A DNA stretch of 64,000 nt. It comes from Eledone cirrhosa. Taxonomy: Eukaryota. The stretch spans positions 26,536,001-26,600,000 of the forward strand of contig OZ024741.1 of the NCBI GenBank assembly GCA_964016885.1, in the 5' to 3' direction. Shown here in pieces: positions 30,118 through 44,365 of this stretch (positions within the stretch are counted from its first letter, which is position 1; every line of letters begins with the position of its first letter). The notes beneath the pieces were generated by a model that saw only the letters and a program-made list of their open reading frames with translations, made no database searches and was not told the origin of the DNA. The position numbers and the translations under genes were made by a program.

Positions 30118-33100
30118 TCATCATCATCATCATCAACGTTTAACGTCCGTGTTCCACGCTTGCATGGGTTTGGACGGGGGTAGTCCCACTTGAGGCAAGA
30201 GTGATTTGTCTTGCTCGCATAGGACTGTCTGGCAGGTTTTCTACAGTTGGATGCCCTTCCTAACACCAACCACATTTACAGTGTGGGTCTGGGAGGTTTT
30301 TACCGTGTTGCCTACACGGCCACATTACAGCGTGGACTGTGTGTTTTTTTGTCGTGACACCTACACGATCTCATTTGTTTCGGCCTGGATGGCGCGGCAC
30401 CAACATAACTTTACATAGAACGGGGTGGTGTGGATGGGGTGGGGGTGGCGGCGGGAGGGGTGTATTTTGTTAGAGATGCCTACTGGCAAGGCGGGTCTTC
30501 TCTGTTACTGAGTACCGCCAAAGGTCACGGTCCAGTGACATTGTCTTGGAGAGGTGTAAGTGTGTGAGGTCGGAGTTTATCAGCTCGTCCCATGTTTTTC
30601 TAGGTCTGCCTATTCCGTGGCTACCGTCTATCTTTATTGCCCTGCACTTTGTAATACAGCTATCGACTTTCATGCGCATCACGTGTCCATACCAACGCAG
30701 CCTTCTCTCGAGTAAACAACATCTGATCCCTCTTATCTCTAATATTTTCCTTAGTTCGTTTATGCTTTGCCGTTCACGTATATTACTGTTACACATCCAG
30801 CGGAGCATGCAAGCTTCGTTCCTCTCTAGTCTGCGTATATCCTCTGCACACAATGCCCAGGTCTCACTACCATGCAACATTGCTGTTCGTATGCAGGCAT
30901 CGTACAACCTGCCTTTCATTTTTAGGGAGAACCCTTTAGCAGCTAATAGTGGTATAAGCTCTCTGAACTTTTTCCAACCAGTTCTGACTCTAGCTACAGT
31001 ACTTTCAGAGCACCCTCCCCCACTGCTGATTTTATCGCCCAGGTAACGGAAGCTGTCCACTATTTCTATAAAACCCTCTGCGCAATTGAAAGAGCTAGTA
31101 TTTTGTGGGCACTTGCTGCTACTTATTGCACCAGAACACCGGCCACATGTAAAGTCTATGTTCTTAGTTAGCTTACCTGTGATCCCACTACATCTTTTAT
31201 GCACCCATACTTTGCATTTAGGACATAAGATGGAGTTTCTACCTACGCCTTTCCTACATACCGAGCACGACCATTTCCCAGAAGGGACCGCCGCCTTGTT
31301 TTCTTTCCTACAAACTAGAACTTTGGTCTTAGCCAGGTTAATTTTAAGTCCTTTTGACTCTAGGCCGTGCTTCCATGTTTGGAATTTCTTCTCTAGCTCG
31401 GCCATTGATTCCGCTATGAGTGTCAGGTCGTCTGCGTATAGGAGTTCCCATGGGCAGCCTGTCTTGAACTCCTCTGTTATAGCCTGAAGGGCAATAATAA
31501 ATAGTAGGGGGCTGAGAACAGAGCCCTGATGGACGCCAACTTTTACGCTAAACTCTTCACTATATTCGTTGTTAATTCTAACCTTGCTGACTGTTTCTTT
31601 ATACATGGCTTGTATAGCCCTCACAAGCCATTCGTCAACGCCTAGTTTTCTAAGAGCCCACCAGATAATGGAGCGGGGGACTCTGTCGAAGGCTTTCTCC
31701 AGGTCGACAAAAGCTAAGTAGAGGGGTTTACCTTTAGCTAGGTACTTCTCCTGTAGTTGTCGTACTATGAAAAGAGCGTCTGTGGTGCTTTTGCCTGACA
31801 CAAACCCGAACTGCATTTCATCTAGATCAATTCTCTCTCTGATTAGTTGCGCTATTACTTTTTCCGTGACCTTCATGACCTGGTCGATTAATTTAATGCC
31901 TCTATAGTTACTCCTATCTAGGGCGTCTCCTTTACCCTTATAACAGTTAACGATGATGCTGCTATGCCAGTCCTTCGGAACAACCCCATTCTGTACGACT
32001 TGGTTAACTATGCGGGTGACCATGGTGTGTCCCACCGTGCCAGATGCCTTCAGCATCTCAGCAACTATTTCCGAAGGCCCAGCCGCCTTACCAGTCTTCA
32101 TATCCTTGATTGCCTTACTTATTATACTCCCCTCGACTAACACTGCTGGTCCCTCTATCGGGTCGATATGGGGGAGACTGTCTTTCTCCCATTTATTCTC
32201 CTCATTTAGTAGCCTTTCATAGTGACACTTCCAAGCTACCTTCTTATCAGTGTCGGTGATGGCAAGTATGCCATCATCGTTAAGTACACACTTCTCCCCG
32301 ACAATATCACGGTTTTCCTTGACGCATTGCCTGGCAATCCTGAACACCTCACGTTTTTGGTCATCGCGTTGTAGAACATGCTTGAACTTTCTTTCCTCAG
32401 CTTCCCTTCTTGCTAAGTACACTTCTCTCCTAGCTTCCCTCCTGGCCACTTGATAGTCTACTCTACTTCCCCCATCCCGCCATACTTTCCAAGCCTGCTT
32501 TTTGGCCTTAATTGACCCCTCCACCTTACTGTTCCACCACCATGTTACTCTCCTCCTGCCTACAGGCCTGCTCCAGCCACAGACTTCGTCTGTCGCCAAC
32601 AGCAGGTTAGCTTTCAGAAATTTCCACTGTCCCTCTATATTGTCCGATTCTAGATGCTCTTCCTTACTGTCGAAAGCATCAAGTAATATGCTTTGAAATT
32701 TATTTCTGGCTGTGGGGTCTTTTAGTTTCCATATTTTCCTCCTGAGGATAGTCCTCTTCTGCTGTCGGGTGCGTCTCGTCCTGACTATGAGGTCGCTAAT
32801 TATCAGTCTATGTTGGGAGGTGCATTCTTCATGGGGGAGGGATTTAGTGTTTACAACAGACACTCTGTCACGTCTTCTGGTAAGGATATAATCTACCTGG
32901 CTTGTGTGTTCCCCGGATCTATAGGTAATCAGGTGATTGTCACGTTTTTTGAAGTTAGTGTTACAGATAGTTAGGTTATTTGCATCACAGTATTCCAGAA
33001 TTCTGGAGCCTTCCTCATTTCTAGTACCAAACCCATAGCCTCCATGGATTTCGTCATAGCCGTCACAATGTTGTCCAACGTGACCATTTAGGTCGCCTGC

Positions 33101-33768
33101 AATAATTATATAGTCACTGTCAGATATTTGGGAGGTAGTTAGCAACAGTGTCTCATAGAATCTGTCTTTTATAGTGCCGGGCAGTCCGGATTGGGGTGCG
33201 TACGCAGATATTACTGTCACCGTAGTTCTATTGAGGACAAGTCTTATTTGAATTATTCTGTCGTTCACTCTATTTACGTCTATTATCTTATCTGCCCACT
33301 TTTCTGCTACCATGATTCCTACTCCACCCAGCCCATCGTCGTTTCCCACCCAGAAAAGCTTATAACATCGTTTTTTACCCTCAATGAATCTAGCAGACCC
33401 ACCCCTCCACCTGGTCTCTTGAATACAACAAACATCGACCTCCTTACGTTCAAGCATTTCTACAACCTCGTTAGCGCGACCCTTTAGGGTGCCTACATTT
33501 ATGGTACCAACTCTGAAGTTTTGGGTTGCGTTTGGAGGGTGGGGGTGGTGGGGGGCGGGAGGAGATAGGGTTATGTTAGCCATCCGCGGACGAAACAAAG
33601 AGGAGTGCTCGCATTCTCGTCCACGAGGTGAATTTGACTTTAACTTTGGCATTTTCGCTCTGGGCGTCCAGATTTTTCTCTCCCTTCCACTCTCCAAGGA
33701 TTCCGCAGTCCGTCCGTCCATCCATCCATCCATCATATATCGAAGGCAACCGGGCAAGCGATAGTATA
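30115..33768 (-). mobile_element. Full-length RTE LINE, family A copy 1 (5' UTR may extend to ~34190)
   Basis: ORF + ~350 bp 3' UTR + (GAT)n tail abutting (TA)n; similarity to copy 2 ends near 33768. Confidence 0.92.
30470..33757 (-). CDS. RTE-clade LINE polyprotein: APE endonuclease + reverse transcriptase with embedded PHD-type finger (copy 1)
   Basis: Uninterrupted 1095-aa ORF; APE motifs TINVGTL, CIQETRW, SAYAPQ, AGDLNGH, VDYIL, SQHR; RT motifs FVDLEKAFD, GVHQGSVLSP, YADD, FRYLG; RTE C-terminus [18 protein letters not shown]. True start codon uncertain. Confidence 0.95.
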   Translation of the reverse strand: MPGCLRYMMDGWMDGRTAESLESGRERKIWTPRAKMPKLKSNSPRGRECEHSSLFRPRMANITLSPPAPHHPHPPNATQNFRVGTINVGTLKGRANEVVEMLERKEVDVCCIQETRWRGGSARFIEGKKRCYKLFWVGNDDGLGGVGIMVAEKWADKIIDVNRVNDRIIQIRLVLNRTTVTVISAYAPQSGLPGTIKDRFYETLLLTTSQISDSDYIIIAGDLNGHVGQHCDGYDEIHGGYGFGTRNEEGSRILEYCDANNLTICNTNFKKRDNHLITYRSGEHTSQVDYILTRRRDRVSVVNTKSLPHEECTSQHRLIISDLIVRTRRTRQQKRTILRRKIWKLKDPTARNKFQSILLDAFDSKEEHLESDNIEGQWKFLKANLLLATDEVCGWSRPVGRRRVTWWWNSKVEGSIKAKKQAWKVWRDGGSRVDYQVARREARREVYLARREAEERKFKHVLQRDDQKREVFRIARQCVKENRDIVGEKCVLNDDGILAITDTDKKVAWKCHYERLLNEENKWEKDSLPHIDPIEGPAVLVEGSIISKAIKDMKTGKAAGPSEIVAEMLKASGTVGHTMVTRIVNQVVQNGVVPKDWHSSIIVNCYKGKGDALDRSNYRGIKLIDQVMKVTEKVIAQLIRERIDLDEMQFGFVSGKSTTDALFIVRQLQEKYLAKGKPLYLAFVDLEKAFDRVPRSIIWWALRKLGVDEWLVRAIQAMYKETVSKVRINNEYSEEFSVKVGVHQGSVLSPLLFIIALQAITEEFKTGCPWELLYADDLTLIAESMAELEKKFQTWKHGLESKGLKINLAKTKVLVCRKENKAAVPSGKWSCSVCRKGVGRNSILCPKCKVWVHKRCSGITGKLTKNIDFTCGRCSGAISSSKCPQNTSSFNCAEGFIEIVDSFRYLGDKISSGGGCSESTVARVRTGWKKFRELIPLLAAKGFSLKMKGRLYDACIRTAMLHGSETWALCAEDIRRLERNEACMLRWMCNSNIRERQSINELRKILEIRGIRCCLLERRLRWYGHVMRMKVDSCITKCRAIKIDGSHGIGRPRKTWDELINSDLTHLHLSKTMSLDRDLWRYSVTEKTRLASRHL

Positions 33769-34217
33769 GGCCTCTGGCTTATGATTTGGTCCGCGTAATA
33801 ATAATAATGGTGATGCGTGGGGGTGGGGGTGGGTGGCTCTGGCTTATAATAATGGTGGTGATGGGGGGGGGGGGCTCTGGCTTATGATTGGTCCACGTAT
33901 TAAGTATGGTGGCGTGTGGGGGCGGGAGGGAGGGGTGTGGGGTAGCTAGCTGGAAGGTTATGAATGTTTAACAAGCGATTTAACAAAAAGCAAAACTGCA
34001 AGATTTGTTCTGTTCAATACGACAAAAACACCGTATTTAAACCTTAAATAGATAACAAAAAAATACAGATTTCGGATTTTGCGAGATTGGATGTTTGTTT
34101 GGACTGTGTACGGAATTGAGCGTGGAAATGGAGAGAAGGATTGTACTTTACGGTTTACATGAGTCCATCATAGAAATAATTGAAGCAAAGTGGATAAACA
34201 TGAAGGAAAACTTATCT

Positions 34218-34254
<37 letters not shown>

Positions 34255-35939
34255 AGCTAAGCGAGAGATAGAGGGGAAGAAAGAGAGGGGGGGGGGAGAT
34301 AGTGGCTGACCGCAGCCCCCTCGTGGAGAAGCAGGAGGGTGAAGGGATATATATATATATATATTAAACTCATTCTGTAACATACTTCCTACCCTGTATG
34401 TGTGTGAGACTGTTTTGTCTGTCTATGTATATATATGTGTTACAAGCACACAGACAGCATGTACACAAATAAACACATATATAACACTACAACATATATA
34501 TAATATCAAACTCTTCTCATACATACAGCCCATGATACACATATACACACAAGGCAAATACATATCACATACATACACACAAGACAAATACATACCACAC
34601 ATAAATATACACAAGACAAATACATATCACACACATACACACAAGACAAATACATACCACACATATATATACACAAGACAAATACATATCACACACATAC
34701 ACACAAGACAAATACATACCACACACATATATACACAAGACAAATACATATCACACACATACACACAAGACATACCACACACATATATACACATAAGACA
34801 TAAATCACATACATATATAAGACATAAATCACATACATATATATATACATATAAGACATATCACACACATACACAAGACAAACATATATCACGCACACAT
34901 ATAGACAGAGACTTACAAACAGACACAGACTCTCACACACATACTATTGTATCTGTGTGTGTGTTTCTGACACACAGACATACACACCCACACCCACACC
35001 AAACACATGACTCCCACCTCTCACAGACAGAACTCTCACACCCAACACATACCCCCCCCCCCCCACACACAGACAGAACTATCACACCCAACCCATAACC
35101 TCCTACACCCCCCACACAGGCAGAACTCTCACACCCACCCCATACCCCTACACATAACCCCCCCACACACACACATACAGAACTCTCACACCCAACACAT
35201 AACCCCCCACACACATACAGAACTCTCACAGCCAACACATAACCCCCCCCCCACACATACAGAACTCTCACACCCAACATAACCCCCCCCCCATAACACA
35301 GACACATACAGAACTCTCACACCCAACACATAACCCCCCACACACATACAGAACTCTCACAGCCAACACATAACCCCCCCCCCCCACACACACACACATA
35401 CAGAACTCTCACACCCAACATAACCCCCCCCCCCATAACACAGACACATACAGAACTCTCACAGCCAACACATAACCTCCCACACACAACTCTCACACCA
35501 AACACATACCCACCCACCACTCACACATCAACCCCCCACACACAGACAGAACTCTCTCACCCAACACATACCCACCCACCTCACACATCCAACACAACCC
35601 CCACAGACAGAACTCTCACACATCCAACACATACCCCGCCCCCACACACAGACAGAACTCTCACACCCAACACATACCCCCCCCCATAACCCCACCTCTC
35701 ACACAACCCCCTTCCACACCAAACACCTCCATATTCAGACAGCCGCACAGATATCTCCCCCTCCCCACAGTTTGCGATATAGTGAGTGAGAGAGACCATT
35801 AATTTTTCATTAAGTTAAATGACTGAAGAACAACAAACTGTGATTGTGTTGTGTGAAGAGACATGATTATGTTGTGAGACTGGCACAGTGTATGAACCTC
35901 ACATCACACTATTTCACCTCACTACCACCTCTTCAGCTA

Positions 35940-38900
35940 CATAACAACACTGAAACTATATAACAACATTCAAACTACACAACATCACTGAAACTACATA
36001 ACAACACTGAAACAACACAACACTGAAACCACACAACACTGAAACAACACAACACTGAAACCACACAACACTGAAACAACACAACACTCAAGCCATACAA
36101 CACTGAAACCACACAACAATGAAACAACACAACACTGAAACCAGACAACACTGAAACCACACAACACTGAAACAACACAACACTGAAACCACACAACACT
36201 CAAGCCATACAACACTGAAACCACACAACACTGAAACCACACAACACTGAAACAACACAACACTGAAACCACACAACACTGAAACCACACAACACTGAAA
36301 CTACACAACACTGAAACCACACAACACTGAAACCACACAACACTGAAACCACACAACACTGAAACAACACAACACTGAAACCACACAACACTGAAACCAC
36401 ACAACACTGAAACAACACAACACTGAAGCAACACAACACTGAAGCAACACAACACTGAAACCACACAACACTGAAACAACACAACACTGAAACAACACAA
36501 AACTGAAACCACACAACACTGAAACAACACAACACTGAAGCAACACAACACTGAAACCACACAACACTGAAACCACACAACACTGAAACAACACAACACT
36601 GAAACAACACAACACTGAAACCACACAACACTGAAACCACACAACACTGAAGCAACACAACACTGAAACCACACAACACTGAAACAACACAACACTGAAA
36701 CCACACAACACTGAAACAACACAACACTGAAGCAACACAACACTGAAACCACACAACACTGAAACAACGCAACACTGAAGCAACACAACACTGAAACCAC
36801 ACAACACTGAAACAACACAACACTGAAGCAACACAACACTGAAACCACACAACACTGAAACAACACAACACTGAAACCACACAACACTGAAACAACACAA
36901 CACTGAAGCAACACAACACTGAAACAACACAACACTGAAACAACACAACACTGAAACCACACAACACTGAAACAACACAACACTGAAGCAACACAACACT
37001 GAAACCACACAACACTGAAACCACACAACACTGAAACAACACAACACTGAAACCACACAACACTGAAGCAACACAACACTGAAACCACACAACACTGAAA
37101 CAACACAACACTGAAACCACACAACACTGAAACAACACAACACTGAAGCAACACAACACTGAAACCACACAACACTGAAACCACACAACACTGAAGCAAC
37201 ACAACACTGAAACCACACAACACTGAAACAACACAACACTGAAACCACACAACACTGAAACCAAACAACACTGAAACAACACTACACTGAAACCACACAA
37301 CACTGAAGCAACACAACACTGAAACCACACAACACTGAAACAACACAACACTGAAACCACACAACACTGAAACAACACAACACTGAAACAACACAACACT
37401 GAAGCAACACAACACTGAAACCACACAACACTGAAACAACACAACACTGAAACCACACAACACTGAAACCACACAACACTGAAACAACACAACACTGAAG
37501 CAACACAACACTGAAACCACACAACACTGAAACAACACAACACTGAAGCAACACAACACTGAAACCACACAACACTGAAACCACACAACACTGAAGCAAC
37601 ACAGCACTGAAACCACACAACACTGAAACCACACAACACTGAAACAACACAACACTGAAGCAACACAACACTGAAACCACACAACACTGAAACAACGCAA
37701 CACTGAAGCAACACAACACTGAAACCACACAACACTGAAACAACACAACACTGAAGCAACACAACACTGAAACCACACAACACTGAAACAACACAACACT
37801 GAAACCACACAACACTGAAACAACACAACACTGAAGCAACACAACACTGAAACAACACAACACTGAAACCACACAACACTGAAACCACACAACACTGAAA
37901 CAACACAACACTGAAACAACAACACTAAAACCACACAACACTGAAACAACACAACACTGAAACCACACAACACTGAAACAACACAACACTGAAACCACAC
38001 AACACTGAAACAACACAACACTGAAACCACACAACACTGAAACAACACAACACTGAAACCACACAACACTGAAACAACACAACACTGAAACCACACAACA
38101 CTGAAACAACACAACACTGAAACCACACAACACTGAAACCACACAACACTGAAACAACACAACACTGAAACCACACAACACTGAAACAACACAACACTGA
38201 AACCACACAACACTGAAACCACACAACACTGAAACAACACAACACTGAAACAACACAACACTGAAACCACACAACACTGAAACAACACAACACTGAAACA
38301 ACACAACACTGAAACAACACAACACTGAAACCACACAACACTGAAACAACACAACACTGAAACAACACAACACTGAAACCACACAACACTGAAACAACAC
38401 AACACTGAAACACAACAACACTGAAACAACACAACACTGAAACCACACAACACTGAAACAACACAACACTGAAACCACACAACACTGAAACAACACAACA
38501 CTGAAACCACACAACACTGAAACAACACAACACTGAAACAACACAACACTGAAACCACACAACACTGAAACAACACAACACTGAAACAACACAACACTGA
38601 AACAACACAACACTGAAACAACACAACACTGAAACAACACAACACTGAAACCACACAACACTGAAACAACACAACACTGAAACAACACAACACTGAAACC
38701 ACACAACACTGAAACAACACAACACTGAAACCACACAACACTGAAACCACACAACACTGAAACCACACAACACTGAAGCAACACAGCACTGAAACCACAC
38801 AACACTGAAGCAACACAGCACTGAAACAACACAACACAAACAACACAACACTGAAGCAACACAACACTGAAACAACACAACACTGAAACACAACAACACT

Positions 38901-39565
38901 GAAACAACACAACACTGAAACAACACAACACAAACAACACAACACTGAAGCAACACAACACTGAAACAACACAACACTGAAACACAACAACACTGAAACA
39001 ACACAACACTGAAACAACACAACACAAACAACACAACACTGAAGCAACACAACACTGAAACAACACAACACTGAAGCAACACAACACTGAAACACAACAC
39101 TGAAACAACACAACACTGAAACAACACAACACAAACAACACAACACTGAAGCAACACAACACTGAAACCACACAACACTGAAACAACACAACACTGAAAC
39201 AACACAACACTTAAACAACACAACACTGAAGCAACACAACACTGAAACAACACAACACTGAAGCAACACAACACTGAAACCACACAACACTGAAACAACA
39301 CAACACTGAAACAACACAACACTGAAACCACACAACACTGAAACACAACAACACTGAAACAACACAACACTGAAACCACACAACACTGAAACAACACAAC
39401 ACTGAAACCACACAACACTGAAACAACACAACACTGAAACCACACAACACTGAAACAACACTGAAGCAACACAACACTGAAACAACACAACACTGAAACC
39501 ACACAACACTGAAACAACACAACACTGAAACCACACAACACTGAAACCACACAACACTCAAGCCA
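35940..39565. repeat. 15-bp satellite (ACACAACACTGAAAC[C/A]-type), ~240 copies
   Basis: Direct reading. Confidence 0.97.
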
Positions 39566-39669
39566 TACAACAACACAGGCACCAGTGTATGAACCTCACA
39601 TTCCAACACTCAAACCTCACAATAAAACTCAAGCTACACAACAAAACACAAAACCTCACAACACTGAAA

Positions 39670-40221
39670 CCACACAACTCACTGACTGCACAACTCACTG
39701 ACTGCACAACTCACTGACCGCACAACACACTGACTGCACAACTCACTGACCGCACAACTCACTGACCGCACAACTCACTGACTGCACAACTCACTGACTG
39801 CACAACTCACTGACTGCACAACACACTGACTGCACAACTCACTGACTGCACAACTCACTGACTGCACAACTCACTGACCGCACAACACACTGACTGCACA
39901 ACACACTGACCATACAACAACGTGACCACACAACAACGTGACCACACAACTCACTGACCACACAACTCACTGACCACACAACACACTGACCGCACAACAC
40001 ACTGACCACACAACAAAGTGACCACACAACTCACTGACCACACAACACACTGACCACACAACTCACTGACCACACAACACACTGACCACACAACTCACTG
40101 ACCACACAACACACTGACCACACAACTCACTGACCACATAACTCACTGACCACATAACTCACTGATCACACAACACACTGACCACACAACAAAGTGACCA
40201 CACAACTCACTGACCACACAA
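39670..40221. repeat. 16-bp satellite (CACAAC[T/A]CACTGAC[TG/CA/CG])
   Basis: Period 16 (ACTGAC at 39681 and 39697). Confidence 0.93.
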
Positions 40222-41587
40222 TACTCCAATCCTTATCTCACCTCTCCAACCCTGAAGGCAGTAATGATCATTAAGACATCAGATTAAGAATGATTCAGTC
40301 CTTGCTCACTACATTCATGACCACATTTCTAATGAAACACTATTTCTAATTAATTAATGAACAATTTTGAGGGATTTACTAAAATTATTAATTTTTTCAT
40401 TACTAAGATAGTAAGGTTCTTATATAAAATTATGTTGGAAGATTTTAATTTATTTTGGAAACCTTTAAATGGGTGGCTTTATTTCATAGAGCCAGAGCTG
40501 GTTTGGGCCGGGTTGGTAACTAAAGGGTTAAATCTTACAGAGGTCAACTTTTCCTTTCATCTTTTCAAGGTCAATAAATAAAATACCAGTCCAGTACTGG
40601 GGTTGATTTTTTTGGGGAAAAATGAATTGTGTTCTGATCTGGAGGTGCTGCCATGCTTAAAATCACCAAGACATTCTGTGTGTTAGGACAGTGTTCCAAC
40701 AACTTCATCAGGTGTTAAAAGCACTTTACCTACCACTCCAACATTTCCAGCCACACAACACTATTGTATTTTCACGGTAAAGTCTTTATCTACTATCAAA
40801 TCTATGGATTTTGATATTTATTTTGAGGACAATACCTTAATGTTTGATGAGCAGCCGGTTACAGCCAGTTTGAATAGAAAGAGGTGAGAGAATTCTGGCC
40901 GGATACTGTCAGTTTAGATGCTAAAGAGTTAAACTGTAGAATAGATGAATGATTCACGAGATTGCAATGGCTGAATTTAAAGAAAAGCTGTGTGTATGTT
41001 AGAAGATACACTTGTCACAGATCAGGGAGGAACCAACCAATGATCTTCTTAATGGCATTAGTACCCATCTACAAAGATTTAACCCTTTCCATACAAGACC
41101 GTCTGAAACTGCCCCAGGTTCTATGATACAAATTATTTATTTTAAAGTGTTATTTATTTATTTATTTAATCAATTTAAACGTCCAGGTAGAGCTAGTAAG
41201 CCATGACAGACTAGGGGAAGTATTGAGTACTCCTTACAGTTGATAATTAAAAAAGCTAGTGAGACAAGTAATAATCAAACGTAAAAAAGGGGAAAAAAAA
41301 ACAGAAAAATTTTTTTTTCAATATTGAAGACCAATGGGGGCAGATTATGGATAAGAAAACGAGAAAGAAAAGGAAAATAGGAAATAAGGGAAGATGTAAA
41401 ACAGAAGTTTCTCTTGTTAAATCTTTTTGCAGCTTCCATGTACTCAAAGATGGACGTTTATATTTGGTAGACCTTTAACCATATATTGAATGTGTTTATA
41501 TTAATTGAAAAAACATATCAAAATTTCATCTAAGAAACTTTAAGTTATGTTCCATGTTCCAAATACTAAATAATGAAAAAGTTTGGT

Positions 41588-41981
41588 TATTCTAAGGTCT
41601 CAGATAATCACACACCCTGCTCCCTGCTCATTAATTTTTCAGATCCCCCCACTTTTATTCCCCCCTCCCCCCGCTTATTAAATTTTGCTAATCTATCTCC
41701 AGCGAAATCTTATTTTAAGTGGTAGCATTCCTGTGACAATTGATTTTTTTTAGACATTAAAAAACATTATACATGACAAAAGAAAAAAAAAATACATTAC
41801 TAGAAATCCCATGTTATAAAATAAATAGAATGGGTTGGGGTTTCAATATGTAAACTAAACAACTAATTCTGGTTTTTAAAAAAATCAACAAAATCAACAA
41901 AAAAATCAACCTAGAAAAATTACCAATTTTCCATGACACCCTACTTATTCCCCTTCCCCTATTATTTGGGACCTGAGAGTA
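41588..41981 (+). mobile_element. TA-flanked MITE (Tc1/mariner-pogo-like ends)
   Basis: TATTCTAAGGTCTCAGATAAT ... ATTATTTGGGACCTGAGAGTA imperfect TIRs. Confidence 0.78.
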
Positions 41982-43489
41982 CATCACTGAATCCCTGCAA
42001 AGTTTTGATTATTCAAAAAATTATTTGAAAACCATTGGCAACGAAAGGGCTAAAGTGTTCATATTTATCTAAAAAAATCTTCCATCATAATTTTGTGTTA
42101 GAACCTCTGTTAAGTTATGTTCCAAACACCAGCTTAATAATGAGAAAGTTTGTTACATAACTAAACCATGCCAAATTCTTTAATTATTTTCAAAACCTAG
42201 ACAACGTCTTTCATTATAAATATGGTAATTAAAGGGTTAAACAGATAATCTGATACCCTCTCCCATAAACATGTGGCTCTTCTTAGAAGTAGACAAAAAA
42301 AAAATCAATATTCCAAGCCACAACAAACAACAATTATATTTCCACAAGCGCAAGATTTGTGAATGTTGGCACAGCATCTATCTATAATTTCACACCTATT
42401 TCTATTGCACATCTTTGGACTGGAGAGGAAGAGAGGAGAGCAAAACAAAGAAATGTCTATTTTGCACCACACACCTCAATATACTGGACAAAACTTTCTC
42501 TCTTTCGCTCTCTGTCTCACTCCTTCTCTCTTTCTTACTTCATCTTTCTCTCTTTCTCTCACACACTCTTTCACCCCCACCACCCTCTCTCTCTCTATCA
42601 GATAACCATACATATCATAGCATTTGCTTCCACATATATTGACAAATGGAATATAAATATTTGATTTGTGTACTTGTGTGTGTATATATGTGTGTGTGCG
42701 CCTACATGTAGGTGTATGCGTGTTCATGTGTGTATATATGTGTTTGTGAGTGTGTATGTGTGTTTGTGAGTGTGTATGTGTGTGTGCTTGTATATATGTG
42801 TGTGTGTCATCATCATCATCATCTCATCATGTCTGTTTTATTCCTCACTCACATCTACCAAATATTTCTACATGTTTCTTTCGACAGGTAAATTGAATAT
42901 CACACATTTTCAGCTGTACTTCCCTATATATACACACCTGTAGTCACACACTAGTATACACTCACCTACATACATATATAATATATTTATATGTATGTGT
43001 GTATATGTATATATCTTCCTGCCCAAGCCCTGATAGCAGGGAAAGCGGATGTTAAAATGATGATTATATATATATATATATATATATATACATACACACA
43101 CCCTCAGACACACTAACACACACAAACAAATGCACACATACAAACATACACACGCATAAACAAACACACACAAACAAACAAACAAACACAAAGAATACAC
43201 ACGCAAACACGTACACACACATGCACAAACACACAGCTACACAAACACAAACACACATAAGCATACACACAAAAACACAAACTCACACAAAGAAACACAC
43301 AGAAACACACACACAGAAACACACTCACACACACAAGTATTCAGTCTTATTTTCTATGAGTATTTATCACTTTATCACTCACTTTTAAAAGACTATCATT
43401 TTGTAGATTACATTCTCCACTGACATACTGAAAATAACAAGAGTGAGATGCTCAAAAAGTGCATAATAATAGTGATGATGATGATGTTG

Positions 43490-43890
43490 ATGGTTCTACT
43501 AGAGGTACAAGGTCAGCAATTTTGAGGAAGAGGAAAGTTAATTAAATCGACCCCAGTGTATTACTGGTGCTTTATTTTATCGACCTCGTAAGGGATTTGA
43601 ACTCAGAACGTAAAGGGATGCAACTTTATGCCACAAAGCATGGTGTCTGACACTATACCAATTACTGCCAACCCACCGCCCTAGTGATAAGAATAATAAT
43701 TGTTTCTACTTTTGGCACAAGGCCATCAACTATCCCAGTGTACCACTGGTACTTTATTTTATCGACCCCGTAAGGATGAAAGGCAAAGTTAACCTCGGCG
43801 GGATTTGAACTCAGATCATAAAGGGCCGTAACTCTTTTGCTGTAAAGCATGGCGTCCTACTCTCTACCGATACTGCCAATCAACCGCCAT
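43490..43890 (-). mobile_element. Two tandem tRNA-derived SINEs
   Basis: GGGATTTGAACTCAG twice; shared central domain. Confidence 0.82.
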
Positions 43891-44008
43891 AATAACAGTG
43901 CACAACAAAATTAAGGTTTACAAAGAAGGTTATGAAAGTGGGTGGGGGAGTTATGTTGGGAGACTAAAATATGACCCCTCCACCTCTGGTCGTTTCTATG
44001 TCTAAATA

Positions 44009-44365
44009 TATTCTCAAGTCACTAATAATCGTCCCCTCCCGCTAATTAATTTTTCAGATTTCACCCCCTCCTCCCACCCTCTGCTTATTAAATTTTGCTA
44101 ATTTATCTCTGGCAAAATTTTATTTTAAGTGGTAACATTCCTGTGACAATTTTCTTTAGACATTAAAAACATTTTACATGACAAAAAAGTACTAGAAATC
44201 CCATGTGTTATAAAATAAATAGGATGGGTTGGGGTCTCAATATGTAAACTAAACAACTAATTCTGTTTTTTTTTTAAATAAACAGTGACAACCTAGAAAA
44301 TTACTGATTCTACAACACCCCCGCTTATTCCAACCCCCAACCCTATTATTTGGGACCTGAGAGTA
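44009..44365 (+). mobile_element. TA-flanked MITE, same family
   Basis: TATTCTCAAGTCACTAATAAT ... ATTATTTGGGACCTGAGAGTA. Confidence 0.78.

Noticed and set aside
30546-33764. ORFs antisense to the RTE ORFs (also 50857-53672)
   Set aside because: Shadow ORFs of the LINE coding strand; they recur only because the element is repeated
35994-39557. 1187-aa Cys/Val-rich ORF
   Set aside because: 15-bp satellite read-through, open in multiple frames
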